Notes under the pieces: model-generated
Databases searched by the model: none
What the model was told of the DNA's origin: nothing
Seen by the model: only the letters and a program-made list of their open reading frames with translations
Part shown: positions 54,697 to 64,000 of the stretch, piece by piece
Position numbering within the stretch: position 1 is the first letter of the stretch
How the letters are laid out: each line of letters opens with the position of its first letter
Position numbers and translations under genes: made by a program
Assembly: GCA_047947115.1 (NCBI GenBank)
Contig: CP170459.1
Coordinates: 5,792,001-5,856,000 of the forward strand
Direction of reading: 5' to 3'
DNA from: Verrucomicrobiota bacterium
GTDB taxonomy: Bacteria > Verrucomicrobiota > Verrucomicrobiia > Limisphaerales > AAA164-E04
Length of the DNA stretch: 64,000 nt

Positions 54697-55092
54697 TTAA
54701 CGCTTGCTGTATTGGAAACGACGGCGCGCGCCGGGCTGACCGTACTTCTTACGTTCCTTCATACGAGGATCGCGAGTCAGAAGCCCTGCAGACTTGAGCA
54801 ACGGGCGAAGATTTGGATCCACATTGAGCAGCGCGCGGGAAATCCCATGACGTGCCGCTCCTGCTTGCCCGGTCATGCCACCACCGCAAACATTGATGCG
54901 AACATCCAATTTGTTGGTGGTATCGGTCAAGTTCAAAGGAAGCAGCACATCGTTACGTTGAATTTCCATCGGGAAATAATCTTCGAAGCTACGGCCATTA
55001 ACGGTTACCTTGCCGGTTCCGGTCGCCAGACGTACGCGGGCGACGGAAGTTTTTCTACGGCCGGTTCCCAAATAATCAGTGGTCTCAGACAT
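54697..55092 (-). CDS. rpsI: 30S ribosomal protein S9
   Basis: [17 protein letters not shown] and ERKKYG..QYSKR motifs. Confidence 0.99.
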   Translation of the reverse strand: MSETTDYLGTGRRKTSVARVRLATGTGKVTVNGRSFEDYFPMEIQRNDVLLPLNLTDTTNKLDVRINVCGGGMTGQAGAARHGISRALLNVDPNLRPLLKSAGLLTRDPRMKERKKYGQPGARRRFQYSKR

Positions 55093-55127
55093 ATTTTATT
55101 TCAAAAAAAAGTTTAGTGGGTCAATGA

Positions 55128-55556
55128 TCAAACCTTCAAGGGTTCGGGTTGCTGGGCGTCGTGTGGATGTTCCGTGCCACGATATACTTTCAACTTGGTC
55201 AACAGTTTGCGACCCAGGCGGTTCTTGGGCAACATACCCTTCACAGCGTGGAGGATCAAGCGATCAGGGTGCGATTCACGCACTTCAGGAACAGAGCGAT
55301 ATCGCTCGCCACCAAAATACCCGGAATAGCTCATATAGGTCTTCTGATCTTCCTTTTTCCCGGTCAATTTAACCTTCTCGGCATTGATAACCACCACGAA
55401 ATCACCGGCATCCAAATGCGGGGTATAAGTAGGTTTATCCTTACCACGCAGGACGTCCGCAACCTTGGTCGCGAGACGGCCGAGGACAATATCCTCAGCA
55501 TCAACCACGTGCCACTTGCGCTTGTCTACATCAATCTTTGGCAGAAAAGTCTTCAT
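55128..55556 (-). CDS. rplM: 50S ribosomal protein L13
   Basis: [18 protein letters not shown] and [13 protein letters not shown] motifs. Confidence 0.99.
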   Translation of the reverse strand: MKTFLPKIDVDKRKWHVVDAEDIVLGRLATKVADVLRGKDKPTYTPHLDAGDFVVVINAEKVKLTGKKEDQKTYMSYSGYFGGERYRSVPEVRESHPDRLILHAVKGMLPKNRLGRKLLTKLKVYRGTEHPHDAQQPEPLKV

Positions 55557-55580
55557 TACAAATCCAAAATAAGAGGGAGG

Positions 55581-55608
55581 ACAGTAGCAAACCCGGAAAC
55601 GGAGTCAA
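55581..55608 (-). promoter_or_regulatory. Sigma70-type promoter of rplM
   Basis: Minus strand TTGACT-N16-TACTGT with an extended TG. Confidence 0.6.
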
Positions 55609-55823
55609 CCATGATTTGGAAATATTTTTGTTCTTTTTCACATTTTTTCCACCTCGTGCCCGGAATTGAATCAAAAATTACCCCATCACTCGATCCAAAG
55701 GACTGGTCCACTGTTTGATATCCTTTTTCATCACATGGATGCATATCTCCGTGGTTTTCACATCCGCATGCCCCATCAGTTCCTGCAAAATTCGTATGTA
55801 GGCCACGTCAGATACAGTCCTTT

Positions 55824-56141
55824 ATGAATCGCTCACACTGGATCGTATCAGCAGTGCTACTCGCCGCACCGATTGCGTTTACTTTGAGTTCCGCGCATGA
55901 GTTTTTCTCCGTTGACTGGGTACTCGACGCGGGTGCGAGTTACGACTATGGGACCGCCCCCCCCGACTTCACAAAGGGTCATCCATTCATTCCTTTTTCC
56001 GAGCGCCACCCAACACTCGGCAAGATTACCACAGGGTCTATTTTAGGAGTGATTGTCTACACGGTGGTAGTTATGATGTCGAGCAGGAAGAGGCATGTGT
56101 CCTACCAGGGCGGTGCAGGCAACTGGCCACCGCTGCCGTGA
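55824..56141 (+). CDS. Small hypothetical membrane protein (two hydrophobic segments), possible gene-cassette remnant
   Basis: 105 aa ATG-started ORF with N- and C-terminal hydrophobic stretches; flanked by an imperfect inverted repeat. Confidence 0.5.
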   Translation: MNRSHWIVSAVLLAAPIAFTLSSAHEFFSVDWVLDAGASYDYGTAPPDFTKGHPFIPFSERHPTLGKITTGSILGVIVYTVVVMMSSRKRHVSYQGGAGNWPPLP

Positions 56142-56277
56142 TTTGGAGTGTATGATGAAATTTGAACCAATAACTTAATAGCGTCAGGTCGACTTACTGC
56201 TCATGCCTCGACGGTATGCACTCCAAATTGACGCACTTCACAGGATCTTGACACTTGGTTCACACCTTAATTCTATC

Positions 56278-58734
56278 ATGAAACGACTTCATCACTTCTT
56301 TTCAGCCCTTTGCAGGCCTTGTCTGCGTGGGACATTATTTGCGCTGGCGGCGTGGATGTGTGTATGGACCAACCCAAATTTGTCTGCAGATTGGGCCAAG
56401 GATTTCGAACAACAAAACCCGCTGACACGTCCTGCACTGGAATCACGTTACACCTCCTCCAACAGGGATGGTTTTCTAATCGAAGCTTCCGATTACTCCA
56501 TCAGTTTTACGCTCGACCAGCAGGGAGGTCACCGGATTACTTCCATCGACCGTGATGGGATGCGGTTGATTGCCAATGGATATTTAACACTTCAGGACAC
56601 CAGCGGCAAAATCTGGAGCACTTTGCACGCAAGCAAAGCATCACGAGTCAATCTTTATCGTCGCGGACCATATTATCACGAAGTCCACTGGTTGGATGTT
56701 GCGTGGCAAAATGCCCAAGGTGCGGTGCTTCCTGTGAAGGGGGAAATCATTTTCCATTGTTATCCTGACCATTTCCGATGCGCCATTGTCATGCACCCAA
56801 TCGAAGCGATCACACTGGAAAACCTCACCTTTCACATGACCTTTGAAGGGATGAAACCGGACAAACCCACGCTCAATGAATTTGGACCAGACACCCTTAT
56901 CCTGGAACAGCCAGATGGAGCAGCTGCCTGGTTCCCGACCACTCAGCCAAAGGGCAAGATGTCCTATCCCTCGGCAAAAACCATCGCTCTTACCTGGAAA
57001 GTTCAATCAGAAGCCCTGGCATCCGGATTCAGTAATCGTCTGACATTTGGATGCGGATTCATTCCTCTCAAAAAGGAAACGGGCCAAATAAACTGGGATC
57101 CATTGAGGGCACAAGTCTCCCCATTAAATGACCAGCAATTGACTTTGATCGAAGGGCTGTCATTTGCGCACGATCCCGTGCGGGGCGATTATACTGTGGC
57201 TTCCCATAATCCAGGTTCCTTCAGCTACCACTATTATGAAGCACCCAACGGTTACCTCCGGACGAAAGCAAGGATTCGTAACGACGAGATCCCGCGTAAA
57301 ATCTATCTGCGCCACGAAGTGGGAAGCGGCAGCAAAGGACAGGTGGAATGTGGAGTTGTTCTGGATGAAACCGATGAACTGGTTCCCATACTGACTCAAA
57401 TCAGCAAAAATTTTGCAGGTGAAAAAGAAGAGAAATTCTACAATCCTGAAGACACACCTTTCAGCGAAATCATCTTTCCGCTTCACTTGAACGCGAACGA
57501 AACTCGAACTTTTTCGAGCCTGCAACTCTATCAGAACTGGGGCAATCACCCGCTCAAGCAGTTCTCATCGCTGGGAGCCTGGATGGATTACTACCACATG
57601 TCCACAGGGGTGACCGAAACAACGTGCTATGTTCCTTTTAAATTCTACACCGGCATCAGTATCGCCGACCTGCGGGGGATGAGCGGCACCATGTGGACCA
57701 GCCAACCACAACACGATAATGCAGGGGGTCACCTGTTCATGGAATACTACCCTAAAGATCATCCGGGGAAAAAGGTATCCCTTGAGTATGTGGGAACCGA
57801 TTTTCATTCCACCGGTCCGGCCTGGGCGCATGTCACATTAAACTATTTGTCTGAAGACAAACGGCTCAAGGTATCGCTGGAAGCATTTGAATTCCCACAG
57901 TTGGATGAGTTGCGCAGTTTCATGCGTCTTCGCATGGAACCATTGGACGACATCCCGATTGAAGATTGGGCGACTGATTTTCGCATCATGCAAATCGATA
58001 CGCGCACCCAGAGTCTGCGTTATCAGAAAATCACATGGACCGATGCAAACGATCAAATCACCACGCGTGATATCGACTTTAACGACACCTGGACATTGAA
58101 AGGCGAGCCGCTTTCCAAACAGGCTCCCACTGCCGTGCTCTGGAACTCCCCCAAAGGCAACAACGCATTCATTGTTGAGGACTGGAAGGGAAGCATCGGG
58201 GGAATGCCACTGGAAGGTCTCGGCATTTCATGCGAAGGTCGAAAAGATCTGAACTCAAACCTGGTCCTCCACCCGCTGACAGACAAAAAAGGATGGATCA
58301 AGGGAGACTTATTGGAATTGGATCTATTCATCATGCCCTTTGGGAAAGAACACACGGACTATCATCCAGCCATGACCGAAAGGGAACGATATGGTTTAAA
58401 GCCAGTCAAACTCACGGCACAGTCCCATTGTGTAGTGCTTTCAACTTTTCCACCTCGGCTTCGATGGATGGGAGACCATGCCACATTCGATCTCCAAGGC
58501 GGCTACTCGGACATCACCGTTCAGGTGGAAGGGCTGCCAGATTTCAGGAACTGGCACATTCAAAAAAAGGTTGGGCAGCATTGGGAGGAGATCACACACA
58601 GCAATCCCCGGTCGAAAAGACCGATCGGGGGTGAAGGACAGCAGCGATATGTTGGCCAGGATGGCCAATTCGGCATTTCATTCCGCCTGAATCTGGATGG
58701 CCAAAACAATCGCTACCGCCTCGTCCGCCATTGA
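56278..58734 (+). CDS. Large secreted hypothetical protein (~818 aa), family not recognised
   Basis: Long uninterrupted ORF with a signal-peptide-like N-terminus from ATG 56278 (MKRLHHFF..LSA|DW); aromatic- and beta-rich. Confidence 0.85.
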   Translation: MKRLHHFFSALCRPCLRGTLFALAAWMCVWTNPNLSADWAKDFEQQNPLTRPALESRYTSSNRDGFLIEASDYSISFTLDQQGGHRITSIDRDGMRLIANGYLTLQDTSGKIWSTLHASKASRVNLYRRGPYYHEVHWLDVAWQNAQGAVLPVKGEIIFHCYPDHFRCAIVMHPIEAITLENLTFHMTFEGMKPDKPTLNEFGPDTLILEQPDGAAAWFPTTQPKGKMSYPSAKTIALTWKVQSEALASGFSNRLTFGCGFIPLKKETGQINWDPLRAQVSPLNDQQLTLIEGLSFAHDPVRGDYTVASHNPGSFSYHYYEAPNGYLRTKARIRNDEIPRKIYLRHEVGSGSKGQVECGVVLDETDELVPILTQISKNFAGEKEEKFYNPEDTPFSEIIFPLHLNANETRTFSSLQLYQNWGNHPLKQFSSLGAWMDYYHMSTGVTETTCYVPFKFYTGISIADLRGMSGTMWTSQPQHDNAGGHLFMEYYPKDHPGKKVSLEYVGTDFHSTGPAWAHVTLNYLSEDKRLKVSLEAFEFPQLDELRSFMRLRMEPLDDIPIEDWATDFRIMQIDTRTQSLRYQKITWTDANDQITTRDIDFNDTWTLKGEPLSKQAPTAVLWNSPKGNNAFIVEDWKGSIGGMPLEGLGISCEGRKDLNSNLVLHPLTDKKGWIKGDLLELDLFIMPFGKEHTDYHPAMTERERYGLKPVKLTAQSHCVVLSTFPPRLRWMGDHATFDLQGGYSDITVQVEGLPDFRNWHIQKKVGQHWEEITHSNPRSKRPIGGEGQQRYVGQDGQFGISFRLNLDGQNNRYRLVRH

Positions 58735-58803
58735 CGACCGTTCATGGGGGTCCTATGCTCCCAGCGTAAACCAGTCATTGAAAAACGAGCAAAAAGAATT
58801 CGC

Positions 58804-59358
58804 ATGTACAAGCATTTGAAACTAAGTCTGGCCATTCTGGCTGTCGCACTCATCGCCGGAACATTCACCTCTACTCGATTGATTGCCGAGGAATCGGAGT
58901 TTTCGTCGGCAACCATTGATCTGGGTTGTGTTGTCAGCGACATCGAGAAATCGGTAACCTTTTATACCAAAGCGATTGGTTTCAAGGAAGTTCCCGGCTT
59001 TTCGGTCCCGGGTGATTATGCTTCCAAGGTCGGACTCACGGATGGGAAGCATCTGGACATTAAGGTATTGAAACTGGGTGAAGGAGCAGGAGCCACCAGC
59101 CTGAAGCTCATGCAAGTCAAGGGAGCTAGAAGTAAAAAGACCGACAACAGCTTTATCCACTCACAACTGGGGTTCAGTTACCTGACCATTCATGTCAAAG
59201 ATACCACCAACGCACTTGAACGGCTCGACAAAGCCGGAGTGAAGCCCATCGCAAGGGGTTCACAGGAATTGCCACCCTCTTTGGGCAGCGGTGTTTTCCT
59301 GACCATCGTTCGTGATCCGGACGGTAATTTTGTGGAATTGGTCGGGCCCAAATCCTGA
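58804..59358 (+). CDS. VOC/glyoxalase-family protein with a signal peptide
   Basis: VSDIEKSVTFYTKAIGF and RDPDGNFVEL motifs. Start moved to ATG 58804. Confidence 0.9.
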   Translation: MYKHLKLSLAILAVALIAGTFTSTRLIAEESEFSSATIDLGCVVSDIEKSVTFYTKAIGFKEVPGFSVPGDYASKVGLTDGKHLDIKVLKLGEGAGATSLKLMQVKGARSKKTDNSFIHSQLGFSYLTIHVKDTTNALERLDKAGVKPIARGSQELPPSLGSGVFLTIVRDPDGNFVELVGPKS

Positions 59359-59433
59359 TGGAGTCCCACCTGAAAACCGACACAGACCACGGCAAGGCAA
59401 TTCTCAATCTACCAATTGATTCCCATATTAGAC

Positions 59434-62418
59434 ATGCGCATGAGACGACCCATCCAAACCCATCTCATTCAATCGCTGTTAGCAGTTAGTTGCTACACGC
59501 TAGTTTTGTCCATCCAGGCGGATTCCGCCGGGTCCGCCATTCGGTATAACAAGGACGTATTGCCCATTCTTTCCAAGCACTGCTTTGCGTGCCACGGTCC
59601 GGACAAACAACAACGCAAAGCAGACCTGCGCCTGGACACAAAGGATGGTCTGTTTGCAACATTGGACGGCAAGGCGGTTGTCAGCCCGGGTTCCCCCGAA
59701 TCCAGTTCATTGGTCGAACGTATCCAAACCCACGATCCGGACAACCTGATGCCACCGCCGGAATCCAAGAACCCCATGACACAAGACCAGATCAATCTGC
59801 TGGTTGAATGGGTCCGTCAAGGGGCTGAATGGGAAGGTCACTGGGCGTTTGTCGCCCCCATGACCCCGGACCTTCCCCTGGTCAATCAAAGCGAATGGGT
59901 ACGCAACCCCATCGACCGGTTTGTGCTGTCCAAACTCGAAACAAAAGGGCTTACCCCCAACGAGGAAGCGGATCGGGCAACCCTGATCCGTCGCGTAGCG
60001 TTTGACTTGACCGGCTTGCCGCCTTCGCCTGCGGAAGTAGAGGCATTTGAGGAAAACACCGATCCGAGCGCTTACGAGCAGATGGTCGACGACTATCTGA
60101 ACTCCCAGAAATTCGGCGAACGCATGGCACTGGCCTGGATGGATCTGGCGCGTTACGGGGATTCGAGTGTTTATCACGCTGACGGGCCCCGCTACATGTG
60201 GTTGTGGAGGGACTACGTAATCAATGCCTATAACGACAACAAACCTTTTGATCAATTCACCATCGAACAACTCGCAGGCGACCAAATCCCCAACGCCAAC
60301 ACCTGGCAGAAGGTTGCTTCGGGATTCAACCGCAATCACGGAACCACCGACGAAGGCGGCGCCATCGCGGAGGAATATCGGGTGGAATACATCGTGGACC
60401 GGGTCAAGACCACCAGCATGGTGTGGTTGGGCCTGACCATGGAATGCAGTCAATGCCACGAACATAAATACGATCCCATCTCGCAGAAAGAATACTACCA
60501 GTTCTATGCGTTCTTCAATCAAGCCAGCGATCCCGGCATGCAGACTCGCAACGGCAATGAGGCTCCCTTCGTGCGGTTCTATCAGGACGACCAACAAGCC
60601 CGGCATGAAGCATTGAGCGAAGAAATCAAAACACTCAAAAAAATCCACGGCTCCAGCAAACCCGACGTGGAACTCGTCAAAACCTGGGCCGTCGGTGAGC
60701 AATCCAAACTCGAGCCTGACCTGCCCGCAACCTCTCCCTGGAAACAAATCGGCCCCTTGACCTCGGGCGATAAGAATGAACTATTTGCCAAGGATTTCGG
60801 ACCTGAATCAACGTTGGATTTGGCTGTGGAAATTCAGGCAAAGAAATGGGAGGACAAGAAGGATTACAAAGACGGGGCATTGGTCGACCTAGGGCTTCCT
60901 GACAATTCGTCCGTTTATCTTTACCGAACACTCACCAGCGAGAAAGACGCCACCATCAAAGTTTCACTGGGGAGTGACGACGCCATCAAATGCTGGTTGA
61001 ACGGTCAACTTGTGTTGGAAAACAACGCCGATCGTGGCGTGGCGCCTGATCAGGATTTTGTGTCACTGGAACTGAAGAAAGGTGAGAACACTTTTCTGAT
61101 GAAAATCGTCAACGGAGGAGGCGGCAGCGGCTTCTATTTCAACCTCACTGGCAGCAGCCTGCCCGAAGAAGTCCGGAACGTGTTGAAAATCGCCGCCGGT
61201 GATTGGAGCAATGAACATTACAAGACACTGGAAAAGCATTATCAAACCAACCTGTGGCAGGAGGGATTGAAACGCGCCGAACGAATCGCAAATCTGGAAA
61301 AGGAAGAAAAAGACCTATTACAGTTAGTGCCCACCTCCATGATCATGGGAGATTTGCCGGAGGGCCGTGACACCTTCGTTTTGATGCGGGGGCATTACGC
61401 ATCCCCGATGAAAGACGAAGTCATCAAGCCTGACGTCCCGGCATTCCTGCCGGACCTGCCCGAAGGAGCCCCCCGCAATCGACTGGGTATGGCGCAATGG
61501 CTGATGACACCTGAACACCCATTGACAGCCCGCGTCGCAGTGAATCGTTACTGGTCGATGTTCTTTGGACGCGGCATCGTACCGACAATCGAAGATTTTG
61601 GCACACGAGGCGCCTGGCCTTCACACCCTCAGTTGCTGGACTGGATGGCGCGTGACTTCGCTGACAACGGCTGGAACATCAAAGGCACCATCAAGCAAAT
61701 GCTCATGTCGGCCACTTACCGGCAATCGGCACACGTCTCCGCAATCAAGAAGGAAGCAGATCCGGAAAACGTAATGCTTTCGCGCGGGCCACGTCGACGC
61801 TTGCAAGGCGAGTTCATCCGCGACAACGCACTACAGTTAGCCGGAATATTGAACGAAAAAGTGGGCGGCCCCAGCGTAAAGCCCTATCAACCTGAACGTA
61901 TCTGGAATGAAGTTTCATTGGACGGAAACCTGAAATACCAACGAGACACCGGTAAGAAACTTTACCGTCGCAGCATGTATACCTACTGGAAGCGGTCCGC
62001 CCCGATGCCCAACATGATGGCTTTCGATGCTCCCACTCGTGAGAAATGCGTCATCCAGCGCCAGGTCACCAACACCCCGTTACAGGCCTTGGTCACCATG
62101 AACGACGAACAATTTGTCGAAGCCGCGCGCCTTTTTGCGGAGCGCATCATGACCCGGGGTGGCGACACCTTCGAATCACGTTTGCACTTCGCCTTCCTTC
62201 TCGCAACCGCCCGGCCGGCTGACAGTTTGAGGATCGAGGTGTTGAGAGAATTTTATGACAGGCAGTGGAACATCTATCGTGAACAGACAGAAAGGGCCAA
62301 GGACCTTTTGAAGATCGGCGAATTTCCATATGACGAAAAACTGGATGCCGCCGAGCTTGCAGCCTGGACCATGACGGCAAGTGCCATCCTGAACCTGGAT
62401 GAAACCCTGACACATTAA
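59434..62418 (+). CDS. PSD1/planctomycete cytochrome c protein (PSCyt1 + DUF1549 + PA14-like insert + DUF1553)
   Basis: CFACHGPD..LRLD, HWAF, LIRRVAFDLTGLPP, WMDLARYGDS, CSQCHEHKYDP, GSDDAIKCWLNG, HPLTARVAVNRYW and NTPLQAL motifs. Confidence 0.93.
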   Translation: MRMRRPIQTHLIQSLLAVSCYTLVLSIQADSAGSAIRYNKDVLPILSKHCFACHGPDKQQRKADLRLDTKDGLFATLDGKAVVSPGSPESSSLVERIQTHDPDNLMPPPESKNPMTQDQINLLVEWVRQGAEWEGHWAFVAPMTPDLPLVNQSEWVRNPIDRFVLSKLETKGLTPNEEADRATLIRRVAFDLTGLPPSPAEVEAFEENTDPSAYEQMVDDYLNSQKFGERMALAWMDLARYGDSSVYHADGPRYMWLWRDYVINAYNDNKPFDQFTIEQLAGDQIPNANTWQKVASGFNRNHGTTDEGGAIAEEYRVEYIVDRVKTTSMVWLGLTMECSQCHEHKYDPISQKEYYQFYAFFNQASDPGMQTRNGNEAPFVRFYQDDQQARHEALSEEIKTLKKIHGSSKPDVELVKTWAVGEQSKLEPDLPATSPWKQIGPLTSGDKNELFAKDFGPESTLDLAVEIQAKKWEDKKDYKDGALVDLGLPDNSSVYLYRTLTSEKDATIKVSLGSDDAIKCWLNGQLVLENNADRGVAPDQDFVSLELKKGENTFLMKIVNGGGGSGFYFNLTGSSLPEEVRNVLKIAAGDWSNEHYKTLEKHYQTNLWQEGLKRAERIANLEKEEKDLLQLVPTSMIMGDLPEGRDTFVLMRGHYASPMKDEVIKPDVPAFLPDLPEGAPRNRLGMAQWLMTPEHPLTARVAVNRYWSMFFGRGIVPTIEDFGTRGAWPSHPQLLDWMARDFADNGWNIKGTIKQMLMSATYRQSAHVSAIKKEADPENVMLSRGPRRRLQGEFIRDNALQLAGILNEKVGGPSVKPYQPERIWNEVSLDGNLKYQRDTGKKLYRRSMYTYWKRSAPMPNMMAFDAPTREKCVIQRQVTNTPLQALVTMNDEQFVEAARLFAERIMTRGGDTFESRLHFAFLLATARPADSLRIEVLREFYDRQWNIYREQTERAKDLLKIGEFPYDEKLDAAELAAWTMTASAILNLDETLTH

Positions 62419-62439
62419 TCAAACCCCGACGCACCTATC

Positions 62440-63897
62440 ATGAATCCAATTCACCTGACACCCCAACCTCAAAGTCGCAGAAATTTCCTGAGAATGGGAG
62501 CCACCGGCATGGGAGCGCTCGGATTGGCATCCCTGCAGCAACCGAACCTGTTGAATGCGGCCGTCGATGACCCGGTCCGTGGCGTTCTCGGCAAACCACA
62601 TTTCAAGCAAACGGCGAAGCGCATCATCTTTTTGTTCTTTTCAGGAGGGCCATCGCATATCGACATGTTCGACTACAAACCCGCCATGCACAAACTGCAC
62701 GGTATCGAACTCCCCGATTCCATCCGACAGGGACAGCGCCTGACCGGAATGACCTCCGGCCAGAAGTCCTTCCCCTGCGTGGCACCGATGTTCAATTTCA
62801 AGCGGTATGGCAACCATGGCACCTGGGTGAACAGTGACCTCTTGCCCCACATTGGTTCCATTGCAGACGAAATCACCATCGTCAAAACCCTCAATTCAGA
62901 AGCCATCAACCACGATCCGGCCATCACATACATCAACACCGGCACCCAACAACTTGGCCATGCCTGCCTGGGTTCCTGGTTGAGTTACGGGCTGGGAAGC
63001 CCCAACCAGAATCTGCCCGCCTACATCGTCAGGATCTCCAAAGGACGCGGGCAGAGTCAGGCGCTGTATTCGCGCCTCTGGAGCAGCGGTTTTCTGCCAT
63101 CACGCCATCAGGGTGTCAAATTCCGCAGCGCGGGCGAGCCGGTTTTATATTTGAACAATCCGAACGGAGTGGATGGCAAAGATCGACGTGCTTTCCTGGA
63201 TGCTGTCGGCAAAATCAACCGATCCACATTCGAAGAAGTCGGCGACCCTGAAATCGAAACACGCATTTCACAATACGAAATGGCCTATCGCATGCAGACA
63301 TCCGTTCCGGAACTCACCGATCTTTCGGACGAACCGGAACACGTGTTCGAGATGTATGGACCCGACGCCAAAAAACCGGGCACGTTCGCCTACAACTGCA
63401 TTCTCGCCCGACGCATGGCAGAACGAGGAGTCCCCTTCCAACAACTGTTTCACCGCGGATGGGATCAACATGGCAATCTGCCCAACCTGATCAAACTTCA
63501 ATGCCAGGACATCGACCAACCCGCTTCCGCTCTCGTGCGGGACTTGAAAATGCGGGGCATGCTGGACGACACGCTCGTCATTTGCGGCGGTGAATTCGGC
63601 CGTACCATATACTCCCAGGGAACCCTCACCAAAGACAACCACGGACGCGATCATCACGGTCGCTGCTTCACCATGTGGATGGCCGGAGGTGGCGTCAAAG
63701 CCGGATTCGAATACGGCGAAACCGACGACTTCTCCTACAACATCGTCAAGGATCCAGTGCACATCAGAGATTTTAACGCGACCATTCTACACTGCCTGGG
63801 CATCGATCACGAACGATTCACATTTTCCTATCAAGGATTGGATCGACGGTTGACAGGTGTGGAACCGGCACACGTGGTGCACGATATTCTGGCTTGA
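62440..63897 (+). CDS. DUF1501-family protein with a Tat signal
   Basis: [31 protein letters not shown] and GRDHH motifs; usual partner of PSD1 genes. Confidence 0.94.
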   Translation: MNPIHLTPQPQSRRNFLRMGATGMGALGLASLQQPNLLNAAVDDPVRGVLGKPHFKQTAKRIIFLFFSGGPSHIDMFDYKPAMHKLHGIELPDSIRQGQRLTGMTSGQKSFPCVAPMFNFKRYGNHGTWVNSDLLPHIGSIADEITIVKTLNSEAINHDPAITYINTGTQQLGHACLGSWLSYGLGSPNQNLPAYIVRISKGRGQSQALYSRLWSSGFLPSRHQGVKFRSAGEPVLYLNNPNGVDGKDRRAFLDAVGKINRSTFEEVGDPEIETRISQYEMAYRMQTSVPELTDLSDEPEHVFEMYGPDAKKPGTFAYNCILARRMAERGVPFQQLFHRGWDQHGNLPNLIKLQCQDIDQPASALVRDLKMRGMLDDTLVICGGEFGRTIYSQGTLTKDNHGRDHHGRCFTMWMAGGGVKAGFEYGETDDFSYNIVKDPVHIRDFNATILHCLGIDHERFTFSYQGLDRRLTGVEPAHVVHDILA

Positions 63898-63949
63898 CGA
63901 GATTGAGATCCCCCTTTTGCCGGCAGAACAGCGACATACCCATGAAATC

Positions 63950-64000
63950 ATGAAACGTTTTTCCGGTTACATTTTGTGGGGTCTCCTTTTTGCGCTGTCT
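63950..64000 (+). CDS. Partial CDS start (signal-peptide-like), runs off the window end
   Basis: MKRFSGYILWGLLFALS from ATG 63950. Confidence 0.5.
   Translation, partial: MKRFSGYILWGLLFALS

Noticed and set aside
59707..60747. 346 aa minus-strand ORF
   Set aside because: Antisense to the PSD1/cytochrome c gene.

Overview
Core-genome window of a bacterium that is most likely a free-living verrucomicrobium. This is inferred from an Amuc_1098-1101-like cluster, a PVC-type EF-Tu switch I, no rpmD in the spc operon, and H-X9-DG and PSD1/DUF1501 genes. Left (1-16 kb, all minus strand) is a cell-envelope block. It runs tRNA(CAT), NDP-sugar epimerase, WecB/TagA glycosyltransferase, exosortase, EpsI, priming glycosyltransferase. 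It continues with a PilM-PilN fusion, Amuc_1100-like, Amuc_1099-like and glycine-rich TPR secretin genes, then at least three uncharacterised secreted proteins: a 7-repeat propeller with FN3 and a C-terminal domain, an apparently zinc-less matrixin-like protein, and a partial gene. Middle (19-50 kb, minus strand) is an unbroken ~31 kb translation/transcription supercluster: trnT-tuf-trnW-trnS-secE-nusG-rplKAJL-rpoBC-rpsLG-fusA-S10-spc-alpha. It has a highly divergent IF-1-like gene and lacks rpmD, adk and rpmG at their usual positions. Right (50-64 kb) holds housekeeping and PVC-typical genes: Gfo/Idh/MocA, cyclophilin, NUDIX, peroxiredoxin, rplM-rpsI, an orphan secreted protein, VOC, PSD1/cytochrome c and DUF1501. 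The best candidates for new biology are the secretin operon with its downstream cargo-like genes next to an exosortase/glycosylation locus, a twin-hairpin RNA before rplL, a candidate sRNA locus at 52.1-52.3 kb and a possible integron-cassette remnant. No CRISPR array, transposase, integrase or rRNA was seen. All family assignments come from motif recognition by eye; no database search was run.
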